From: Vitrella brassicaformis CCMP3155
Taxonomy: Eukaryota > Protista > Chromerida
NCBI GenBank assembly: GCA_001179505.1
Contig: CDMY01000387.1
Coordinates: forward strand, 26,326 to 90,325
DNA length: 64,000 bases
Direction: 5' to 3'
The notes beneath the pieces were generated by a model. The model had not been told where the DNA came from. It was given only the letters and a program-made list of their open reading frames with translations, and ran no database searches. The position numbers and the translations under genes were made by a program. Of the stretch, positions 11,701 through 21,678 are shown in pieces; position 1 is the stretch's first letter, and each line of letters begins with the position of its first letter.

Positions 11701-12418
11701 TCTTGCAGGGCATTTGACGTGGTGTCTGTCCAGATAAACGAGCCTGCCGTCTCCCTCGTCATTCTGTTCGAAGACAGACACAGACAGACAGGCGTGGGTC
11801 CTTAAGGCCGTCCTGTGTGAAACGTCACCATGGGTGTGGCCCGTTCGATCAAATCAGCGCCGCCAACGAGGCCGCAACCTGCAGGAACAAGAACAGACCC
11901 ACGATCTCTTGTATTTCCCAGCCCTCCGAGAGGGAGGGCGTTCAACATGCAGAAACATACATACATACATACATACATACGTACACGTGTAGACGAACTG
12001 AGCCTTGGTGCCGTTTTCATGGGCCGCGCGCATCTTCCTTAGCGCACCACTGGTGCCGCAGTCAACATGGTGCCGGTCAAAGAATATTCTGCAGTACACA
12101 AGGGAAAGACAGAGCTGACATCCCTTTGCAGTGACCTATTCCATTGTCGCCTTACACGTTGTGGCATTCGTTCCAGGGTGTGGCGCGCTCCTCGCAGAAG
12201 GCTGCAGGGTCGCTTGCTGCACCAGACACACACACAGAGATTAGTGCAAAGTGGAGATTCTCGCCAGATCTACCTGTCACGTTCGCCATCGCCATCGACA
12301 CATCAAGTGTGGCGGGCTCAGCCGATGACAACACATCGCGCAGAAATAGCCTTGCTGTGACAGCTGACGGCAGCAAAGCGCAGAGCGGGAGCAGCGGGAA
12401 AAACATGGCCGCCAGCAT
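8724..12418 (-). CDS. Secreted multidomain protein: three Cys-rich LDRH repeats, three H-type-lectin-like beta repeats, coiled coil, Cys-containing tail
   Basis: Signal peptide MLAAMFFPLLPLCALLPSAVTA. About 17 exons join in frame. Repeats FFDRHHVDC / YLDRHHVKC / HLDRHRLEC, then PVVIGG...VVRIRNVQPGSFELRLDE, VQTYASG...RVKDLSPAGFKVALE and ATFNGGD..LR...EIFIQEE. Confidence 0.7.
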
Positions 12419-12521
12419 CTCGCCGTAAATTCTGCGAGGCTGGGGGCGGGCCCCCCGCATGCGCATGCAGTCTCACGGAAGCTTTGCACTGAAGACCCTT
12501 CTCCAAAGCTGATTCTGAGGC

Positions 12522-13383
12522 ATGCCTAGTCGAAGAGACACGATGATGCCGAGGCTCGGCAAGCTGCTGAGGATGGGCAGGGAGAACAAGAATTCGCACG
12601 AGAAGTCGCTGCCTCTGGAGGCCAACCCCGATGTGATGAGCGGCGGGAATCGTGGGGCCACAGATCGATGCCTTTCGCCGTCGCCGCCGCCAAGACGGGA
12701 GCCCACAGAGACGCTAGGCCTGCATCCAAGGAGAAGCAGCAAACGACACCCCAGTCTACAGCCCATCACTGAAGGGCGACCGCTTGCCATGGACGAGAGA
12801 CTGAACGCGTCTTCGAGGGGGGAGGGTGGGGAGAGGGAGGGACAAGGGGCAGGGGTGAGGCGCAGTCATGCGCCGCGGGAGCCCGCTCCCGTACGGCAGC
12901 TGCTCAAGGCCGGATTTGACAATGAGGAGGCGTTGGAATCGAGGGCCAACGTCCACAGTCCGCAGAGGTAGGAACAACATCGAAGAAAGAGATCTTGCCA
13001 TGTTTTGCAGGTCTGGTTTCAATCCTTTTGCAGGTCGTGCCTTGTCGGGTGTGGGACTCTGTCCCTGCCGTCAAACGGCAACGACAATCACCAGAAGTAC
13101 GGTCCCGAGGCGACGAAACGACTCGCGTCTCGCACTGATGCCTGATCCTGGTTTGTTCCCTTGCAGACCGTTGAGTGATTGGATAAGAGAAACGCGGGGG
13201 GAGATCCTAAGGATAGGTGTCCGCCCGAGCCAAAATCCAGGATTCAAGCGGCTCGCTCAGAAGAATCGCGCCGCTCGAGAGCAGCAATCGTTGTCCCCTG
13301 CAGCTGCCCCCGCAGAGCAGCAGTCATCCTCTCCTGCTGCTGCTCCTGTGAGTTCCCTCGGCTCATCTGCGTCGGACAAGTGA
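12522..13383 (+). CDS. Hypothetical/chimeric ORF starting with a copy of the UCH first-exon segment; possibly a pseudogene
   Basis: ORF 12522-12971 contains RLGKLLRMGRENKNSHEKSLPLEANPDVM. Downstream splice-like sites lead to low-complexity QQSxSPAAAP repeats. Gene end uncertain. Confidence 0.35.
12553..12642 (+). repeat. Inverted partial duplicate (90 nt) of 15198-15287
   Basis: Manual alignment gives 78/90 identical nt, ungapped, in opposite orientation. Confidence 0.9.
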
Positions 13384-13957
13384 GACACAAAGCCGAACAA
13401 AAGAGACAGACAGCACAGACGACGCCTGTCCTTGTAGGTTGATTGCCAAGCCTTCGGGATCGCTAATTAGTATGGTCACCGCTGCCATCAGCGGCTCTCT
13501 GCATTGCTTGACTTGCCCCTTCGGCTGTTGCGAGCGGCCGGTTGTCGCTGAGGGCACAGAATTCGAAGGCGAGACAGACCACTGACCCTCAACGTACCAA
13601 ACGCATCCCGTCTGGAGACTGTTGGTGAGTGACGCGATCATTGCCCCCTTTTCGCGTCTCAAGAGCGACTCTCTCCATTAATGCGAATGGCTGACATGAT
13701 CGGTGTGTACCTGACTGACTTCGATGTATGCATGTGCAAGCGAGACTCCCATCGTGCTTCACGGTGGTCCATGCCCATGTGCAGCATATCAGTTTATTTC
13801 ATGCCTACGCGCAGTCTGTCCATCCATTTGTCCAGTCTGTCCATCCATCCATCCGTCTACTCACTTTATCTACTGCGTCGCACTACATCCATATGTGTGT
13901 TGTGTATGTACATACACCAACTACATACTCATAGTCAGCCAGCCAGCCAGCTTTGAC

Positions 13958-15405
13958 CTACTCGACGGCCTTACAAACCGCAATCATCGAAAACCTTCAC
14001 ACAGACACAGACACCACATCAGAGGCAGGCACACCTAGTGCATAGCGTCAACCGTTTCGTGGCTGTGGCCTCACCGCAGTTCTCCTGGGTCTCGCGCCAT
14101 GAACTGCCCGGCGACACGAACCGCATCCTGACCACACACACGAGAGGGGGAGGGGGGGCCATCCCTGGTGTGTCTGTCTGCATGATGTGTCTGCACCCAT
14201 CTCACCTTGAGGAATGTTCCGGGCGACGATGGGCCGTGGTTGATGGGAAACTCCTTGCGCCCGTCCAACTCATACAGACAGCCGTCCATCTGCAGACAGA
14301 CAGAGAGAGGGACATGAACAATGCGCACATGGCGGGAGGGCTGCTGTGTCACCTCGATGAGTGCGGCGAAGTGCGTCTCGACTTGTGCATCGCGTGTGGG
14401 CACTCGCGACTGTCCCTGCTGCTCCACCTCTGTGTGGGCCTCCTCTATCTCATCGTCCTCCTCCAACGCCTGACACCCACACACATATGGACACACACAC
14501 GGATGGAAGCAGTCATCTGTCCATGTGTGTCTTGGGTCAGTCACCTCGGCTCGCTGGTCAGGGCTGAGGGGCATCGTCTTGGTCAGAAACTTGTTGAAGA
14601 AACCCTCGGCACCTACACAGGGAGGGACATCCAGTGACTGACACAGTAAGTAAATGAAGTGTCTAGTGCGTGTATGTTGGCCTTCCCACCCACCGAGAGG
14701 CTGTTTGTCCCGTATGTTGAGCACCGTGTGGAGGATGCCGACAGTGCCACACGCATTGCCAACCGTCTGCACACGTGAACGGAAACACAGAGGAACGCCA
14801 CACGATGATGGCCTAACTGTCTCGCGTGCGTCACTGGTTGGACCAACCTGACCTGTTTGGTGAAGTAGACCTTGGGTGAGACGGTCTGCCCGTTGGCCTT
14901 GACGCGAGCAGCCTCCTCCTCGCGATGCTTCTCAGTCTGATGGGACACGAGTACCCACACACACAGTGCAGTGTAGTCGTGCCTTGTGTGGGCTGGTTAC
15001 AGTGTCTTTGATAGGGAACAGCAGAATCAACCCATACACAGGCTTCGGCACCTGCACACACGCCACCATGGCCCGACACACACATGCACCTCCTCTTGGT
15101 GTGATTCCCTTCCCTCTGACCATGTCGAGGGCCCAGTCCTCAGTGGTAAGGACGTCCACGCACTGCACGGGCGGGCCGCCCAGCTTCATTATGTACTCGG
15201 TCATCACATCCGGGTTGGCCTCCAGAGGCAGCCACTTCTTGTGCGACTTCTTGTTGTCCTTGCTCATCCTCGGTAGCCCGCCGAGCCGCCCTTTCCAGCC
15301 GAGTGCAGCAGGAAGACGCAGATCTGTCGGGCGGTGGAGAGCCCCACTGCTGAGGATGCAGACCGCAACGAAAGCCAAGCAGCACGATGACAGGGCAATA
15401 GGCAT
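13958..15405 (-). CDS. UCHL3: Ubiquitin C-terminal hydrolase, peptidase C12 (UCH-L3-like); conserved start at 15267, in-frame leader from 15405
   Basis: WLPLEANPDV, LILLFP, KQTVGNACGT (catalytic Cys), ETHF (His), YELDGRK (Asp), and end ELRFSMIAVCKAVE*. Nine exons. Confidence 0.93.
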
Positions 15406-15447
15406 GCAACGAAGGTGTCCAGTGCGAGGAAGCCGATTTGCAGATCT

Positions 15448-15460
15448 GCTGCGAGCTTAG
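15448..15460 (+). promoter_or_regulatory. GCTGCGAGCTTAG candidate promoter motif between UCH and squalene synthase
   Basis: Identical 13-mer to 37091-37103; midway between ATGs at 15405 and 15499. Confidence 0.6.
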
Positions 15461-15498
15461 AAGCCGAAAGGGAGAAGGGAAGGGAAAAGGAGGAAGAG

Positions 15499-17777
15499 AT
15501 GTGGCCACCGGCAGAGGGCGTGTTTGGCGCAAGCTCTCCTCGAGTATCTGAGGTGGTCATCTGGCTGTGCTATCTTCTGTTTCTGCTGCCGGTGCTGTAT
15601 CTCATCTACACCATTCTCTTTCTGCATCCGTCGAGCCGCCGGAAATGGAAGAAGGTGGGCGAGCTGCTGTCGCACCCCGACGAGACGACGGCCCTGCTGC
15701 GGTACTTCATCCGCAAGAAGCGGCAGCTGCCTACCAACCTGACCGAGGAGGAGCAGTACTGCTTCTTCATGCTCACCAGAGTCAGCCGCAGCTTCGCCTC
15801 CGTCATCATCGAACTGCATGACGAACTCAGAACCGCGGTAAGTGCCATACATGGCGGAAGCTATAACAGCAGATGCGGTGAGGACAGACATGCGTGTGTC
15901 CGTGTGTGGTGTCAGATATGCGTATTCTACCTGACCCTGAGAGCACTCGACTCCATTGGTAAGGCGCGAGAGAGTCAGATCAGATCAGATCTGCAGCCAG
16001 CCGTGGCTCTATTCTATCTACCTGTTTGCATTGCACTGGATGGGTGGATATCATATGTGTGTGCTTGTGTTTGTGTTAGAGGACGACATGACGATAGACC
16101 TGGAGGTCAAGCTGGCTGAGCTGCGGCAGTTCTCTCAGAACATCCAGATCAGGGGATGGAACAGCAGAAAAGGATGTAAGCAAAGCAAGCTGACAAACCA
16201 TGACGCCACGCCCATCCATTCACACACTCGCCTGGCCTGCCTCTCGTGTCTGTTCGTCCGGTCCGCGGCAGACGGTGCGGCGAATGTCTATGAGCAGGAG
16301 CTCCTCGAGAATTTTGATCGCGTCATCGCTGTCTACTACAGACTCAGCCCGCAGTAAGCCAGCACGCACAAGACAGCATCAGAGTGCACAGGCGAGACGG
16401 ACCGACGCCGACCGCTGGACGAGTATGTGTCGTGTAGGTATCAGAGTGTGATAAAGGAGATCGCTACCCAGATGGCGGAGGGCATGGCGATATACCAGAC
16501 CAAGGAGGTGGCCACCCTCAAGGACTACGACAGCTACTGCTACTACGTCGCGGGGCTCGTGGGCGTCGGGCTCACACGGTAGGTGTGCACACCAGCGCCC
16601 AGTCAGTCCATATATCGCATCACGACAGACATCTCAGTCGGCAAGTGGCTGTGGTTGTGTGGTTGTGTGTTGGTGTCTGTCGGCATCACATCAGGTTGTT
16701 TTACCACTCTGCTCTGATGGGTGACAGCATGTCCAACATCGACGACCTGGCCATCTCCATGGGCCTCTTCCTGCAGAAGACCAACATCATCAGGGAGTAA
16801 GCCACACAGACAACACAACCAGGGACGATGCATGAATGAACGAACAGATCGGCTCACGAATGAATGCGTGTGTATGTGTGTGTGCAGTTACTTGGAGGAC
16901 ACAGTGCAGCAGCCGCCTCGTTGCTTCTACCCCAAGGAGGTGTGGAGCAAGTACGTCAAGCACCTCGGCGACCTGCAATACCCACAATACCACAACGAGG
17001 TCCGTCACGCACTTCCAATCGGTGGCTGGCGACGGCTCGATGTATTGATTGTCTGTCCATTCAGGCGTTGAGTTGTTTGAATGACATGGTGACGGACGCC
17101 CTCCGGCACGTACCAGACTGCCTACAGTAAGCCACACACGCACACACAGACGCTCGAGTACCTACGGTCGATTGCTGCGGTGTGCAGGTACATGTCGTTG
17201 GTTGACGAGGAGAGCTGCTTTCGGTTCTGTGCGATACCCCAAGTCATGGCCGTCGCAACACTAGAGAGGTGGGTATCTGAAACGACTAGCCACACTACAC
17301 TCACTGGCCGGCTGGCACCTTGGTGTTGCACATCACATAGGTGTTACAACAACCACGATGTGTTCACGGGCGTCGTCAAAATCCGCAAAGGGGAAGCCGC
17401 CAAGGTGACTGCACTGCACGGCCCCACATGATAGCGTGTCAATGGCCTGTCTCTCTCTTATGCTATGCGTCCATCAGCTGATCCTTCAGTCGTGCAGTTT
17501 TGAGAGCGTGGTGCGGATCTTCGAGGAGTACCTGCACACCATCGCCTCCAAAATACCAAAGAAGGCACACAGCGGAAACCAGTAAGACCAATCACACTTG
17601 ACACACACACCCCTGCCAGCATTGCATTCACGACATGCCTGCCTGTCTGTTTGCCTGTCTGTGTGACTGTGTTGTAGGACGCGAGGGCGTGTTGCCGACG
17701 CGCTGCAGTCTGTGCGGCTATGGAAGAAGCAAATCAACACGCGCAGGATGCAGCAGGGAGCCAAGAAGGGCGACTGA
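15499..17777 (+). CDS. FDFT1: Squalene synthase (farnesyl-diphosphate farnesyltransferase)
   Basis: [72 protein letters not shown]. Ends ...GAKKGD* after splicing. Confidence 0.95.
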
Positions 17778-19914
17778 CTGAATGCTGGACGGTCAGCTGC
17801 CCCTCCATGCTTCGCCGCGGGGGAGACAGTTTTGGAGAGGGCTGTGGATGGATGAGGTGCGTTTGGTGGGCTGGTTCTCTGTCTCTCTCTCTCTGTCTGT
17901 CCGACTGTACGCCTGTCTGTCTGTCTGTCTGTCTGAGTACCCGGCTAGCTGCTTTGCCATTTGCTGTTTTGTGTTTTGCCGGTTGGTTGTTTCTTTTGCC
18001 TGGGGGGGTGGTCGGGTCGGCTTAGTTGATGGCTGGTGGGCTGGCTGTTTGCGGGTGCGTGTACATACATACCGGTGAGAGGCGTCGAGATTGACAGTTT
18101 TTCCGACGCGAGACGCTGCTGCTCACGTGGTGACTCGACTGCTATCTTACGTACGTACGTCTGTAATTGTGTCTGCATGGCTTCGTCACTCACTCTCTCA
18201 TTCGCCACCTAGGTATGTAGCTCAGTTTTGTATCCCTCGCTCCCCCTCTCTGCCTCGCTTGACTGACTGACTGACTGACTAAGCTGCCAGGACACGGCAC
18301 AGACACAGGCATATGATGTACATGCCCGCCTCCCCCCCACTCACCCGGCAGGCCATCTGCGTCCATTATTCGTGTGAGCCGTATGCGTCAGTGAGAGAGC
18401 GCTTCCTTCCTTCGGTCATCCCATCCATCCCATTGGTAGCTAGGTTCTCGTGCTGTTCGGCCGGCAGACGCAGGTGTGTCAGCGTACAAGAGAAGAGAGA
18501 GGGCCGTTTTGTAAGCTACCCTACCCTGACCCCTGACGTGTCGTGTCTTGAATTCGTGCGTATATGAGAGTGTGGGGTGGACGGGCGTGATGATTCTTTC
18601 ATTTCGTTTGGCTCGTGTCTGCAACCTACCTGTTGAGTTGAGCGAGCGACAATGCAATGGACAATGAGCGCCGACGGCCAGGCCCCAAATGGCGGCCTTT
18701 TGGTCCGCGTGATAGCTACATCTCTTGGTTTGTTTTTTGCCCTTTGTTCGTTCGTTTCCTGAATGACTGACTGACGGGCACAGACTGCCGTCAGGTGAGT
18801 GAATGACCCATGGCATGGATGGGACTCTGTATGTTCTGTGCTGCCATCCTGTGTGCTGTGATGCGATTTTTTCGCCCACTTTGCTTTCTTGATGAGTGCA
18901 CACAATGGATGGGAGAGGAAGGAAGAGAGATGGTGGAAGCGGCAGGGCAGGCCTCTGTGATCGAGGGGAAGAGTATAAGAGAGAAGAAAGAAAGATGGAG
19001 AGAGACAGCGGCTGGTCAGCTGCGGCGAGTGAGGCATGCATGGCATGGATGGATGGCCCTGCCTGCCTGCCTGGTTTAGATGCACGTATGTGTGTATGCA
19101 TGTGAGGATGGATGTACGTGTGTCGTTGCTTGAGCTTTCGTACCGCATTTGTATTGTGTCCTTCCTTCCTTCCTTCCTTCCTTCCCCTTAATCACTTGCC
19201 TTGCTCACTCTCTTGCCCCTCCCTCCCTCGCTGACTATCTTGTCTCACTGACTGAGGTGTCTATCAGTCAGTCAGTCCCACCCTCTATCTATATTTATGT
19301 GAGTGCATGGTATGCATGGTGCCTGAATGCGTGTTCGTGGGTGGCATCTAGTGAGTGTCGTGCCTGGGTGCATGGCACGGCACGGCATGGCATGGAATTG
19401 GGGCGATCTTTGTCAGTCAATGTACATAACCCATCTGTCTGTCTGGCTGGCTGAATGTGCTGCCTGCGCTGTGAGACCTGACCCCAATTCCTGACTTCTC
19501 ACTCACTGGCTCGCTCGGTTGCTGCATGTGTGTCTGTGAGTGTGTGCCGTGCCGTGTCACTTTCTCATGTTTGTGGTGCAGGTCAGCGCCCCCCCTTGTG
19601 CGCGACGCTGGTACTCACTCCACTTCCTCTTTCCATGGCGGACTCGATTTGACTATTTCCATCTATCCAGAATCCAACCACTAGTACTAGACACGTGTCC
19701 GTCCGTCCACATGAACCATCCCCCATCGATCTGGTCAGTCATTTACAAGAAACGTGGATGGAGCAGAAAGCCAAACACACACCCATTAAATAAACACATG
19801 CATCTATCCCATCTATCGTATCGCCCCCATCGATCCACTTGATGACTACTTCGCATGGCATGCAGCCCTACTCCGCCCAGCCCATCAATCTTTCAATCCG
19901 TCCGTGTGTCTTAT

Positions 19915-21312
19915 CTAGAGCTCCTGCACCTTGTGGGTTGCGGCCGGCCCCGTGGTCTTGGCGTAGTGTCCGTCTTCCTTCTTCTGTCGCTGGCCGATGG
20001 ATGACAGCAGGGCCATGCGGTTGTCCACGATCCGCCGGATGATGTCGCGGAAGGTCAGGATGGGCTCGTCCCCCTCCTCCCCGCCGCACCGCATGTCAAT
20101 GGTGCGGTAGATGCCCAGCTTCTTGGCCACGGCGTAGGGGTCATCTGTGTCAGTGCCCGGCTGTTTGCCCAACGACAGCTCGTCCAGGATGCTGCCCCCG
20201 ACCACGACGTGGATGTCGTAGGTGCGGATGAGGTACTCGGACACCTTGCGTGGCGCGCCGATGAGGACCTCGTCGACGACCTTCATGGCCAGCACGTTGA
20301 GGGTGCGCTCGAGGAGGTTCATGACGGGGAAGCCCACCCCCTTGACGGCCGCGACGGTGCTGTCGTCATAGAGGCCGACCAGCAGGAAGGTGCCGTGGGT
20401 GGCCTTGGCCTGCTGCAGGAACCGCAAATGGCCCACGTGGAAGATGTCGAACGACCCGTCCACGTACACGATGGTGTCGCCAGGCTGCGGCTTGCGGCCC
20501 TGATTGATGAACTGCATCAGCCGGCGCGTGCTCATCAGCGACTGTTTGGACGCCCTGTCCGAGTTGAGCGACCAGTCGACGTAGTGGGTGCTGGTGGTGG
20601 GGCTGGTGGGCGGCTCCAGGGTCGGGGACTCCTCCTTCATGTTCTCAGCTGCCATCAACAGCCGGCTCACCAGCCGTGTGGTCGATATGCCTTCGGTCCG
20701 CTTGAAGATCTTGAGCCGTCCGGCCGCCCTCGGCTCGGCGTAGCAGTCGGAGCCGTCCGCACAGGGGGCGAAGTCGTCCCCATGCGCCACGTAGTCGCAG
20801 CCGGTCTTCTCGAGGAAGGCCATGTCGACGGCATAGGGCGTGCCGACCATGACGTCGTCCACCCACTTGCAGCCCGAGACGAGCTCGCCCCGCTCCTGCT
20901 CGGTGTAGATGGGCCGGATGCCCTTGGTCTGCAAAGCCTCCTCGTCCGACACCACGCCCACCACCAGTCGGTCACCCATCGCCCGCGCCTGGCGGATGGC
21001 GTTGAAGTGGCCCGAGTGCATGAGGTCGAAGATGCCGTCCGCGTAGATGCTGATGGCCTTGCGCGTCGACGGGACGGACGCATACGGCTGAGGGCCGCCG
21101 CCACTCGCCACGTTCAGCGCATTCACGGTGTGCTGCAGGGCCTGCAGATCCGCATCCACCACCACACGCGTGCGCTCATCGATCATCTGCTGCAGGTCAG
21201 GCCGCTTCCAGACGGCATCCAGCTCGGCGGCGAGGGCGTCGTCTTCCCGCACTCGGTTGACGAGGGCGATGAGGCGGTACATGTCGATGGCCGTGGATGC
21301 AGATTCCTGCAT
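19915..21312 (-). CDS. PCYT2: Ethanolamine-phosphate cytidylyltransferase, intronless
   Basis: Two cytidylyltransferase domains: ADGIFDLMHSGH...KRTEGISTT and VDGSFDIFHVGH. One uninterrupted ORF; likely start MQESAST at 21312. Confidence 0.95.
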   Translation of the reverse strand: MQESASTAIDMYRLIALVNRVREDDALAAELDAVWKRPDLQQMIDERTRVVVDADLQALQHTVNALNVASGGGPQPYASVPSTRKAISIYADGIFDLMHSGHFNAIRQARAMGDRLVVGVVSDEEALQTKGIRPIYTEQERGELVSGCKWVDDVMVGTPYAVDMAFLEKTGCDYVAHGDDFAPCADGSDCYAEPRAAGRLKIFKRTEGISTTRLVSRLLMAAENMKEESPTLEPPTSPTTSTHYVDWSLNSDRASKQSLMSTRRLMQFINQGRKPQPGDTIVYVDGSFDIFHVGHLRFLQQAKATHGTFLLVGLYDDSTVAAVKGVGFPVMNLLERTLNVLAMKVVDEVLIGAPRKVSEYLIRTYDIHVVVGGSILDELSLGKQPGTDTDDPYAVAKKLGIYRTIDMRCGGEEGDEPILTFRDIIRRIVDNRMALLSSIGQRQKKEDGHYAKTTGPAATHKVQEL

Positions 21313-21382
21313 CCTGAGAAGAGGCCCGTGCTTGCTTAAATCTTCCTCGCCCTCTTCTCTTTTCACCCTTGACGTAAGCCTG

Positions 21383-21390
21383 AGCTCGCA
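21383..21390 (-). promoter_or_regulatory. TGCGAGCT candidate promoter motif upstream of PCYT2
   Basis: ctgagctcgca, which is tgcgagctcag on the - strand, 71 nt upstream of the ATG at 21312. Confidence 0.55.
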
Positions 21391-21678
21391 CCTTTGAGAG
21401 TCGATTGTCTCAACACAAGATCCGGAGGTCTCAGGGCATTCATTGATTCCATTCATCTAATCTTAGTGTCCACACGTCGTCTATTCATTGATCAGTCCCG
21501 CAGCCGCGCAATGCAAAAACCACCAATACCACTTACAGAGACAATAAAAGCCGATGCTCCCTGCAATGCAGTCAATCAGATTTCGGCAACAGCGGTAGGC
21601 CATACCCATGTAGCCCTCCATAATATACGATCTCCATCCATGACACCCTGTTCCTCCCAGTGATCCTCCTCCTTATGG

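Noticed and set aside
6851-17777. Functional gene cluster of UBX, UCH and SQS (ERAD/sterol/lipid droplet)
   Set aside because: Adjacent eukaryotic genes are usually unrelated and unrelated genes intervene. Kept only as separate per-gene hypotheses.
17945-19101. Possible - strand gene between SQS and PCYT2 (exon-like VANERVSDEAMQTQLQTYVRKIA...)
   Set aside because: One AG/GT-bounded stretch, but I could not build a stop-free model or find a motif. The region is microsatellite-rich and UTR-like.
20209-21339. 376-aa ORF on the + strand
   Set aside because: Antisense shadow of GC-rich PCYT2 codons; no independent motif.
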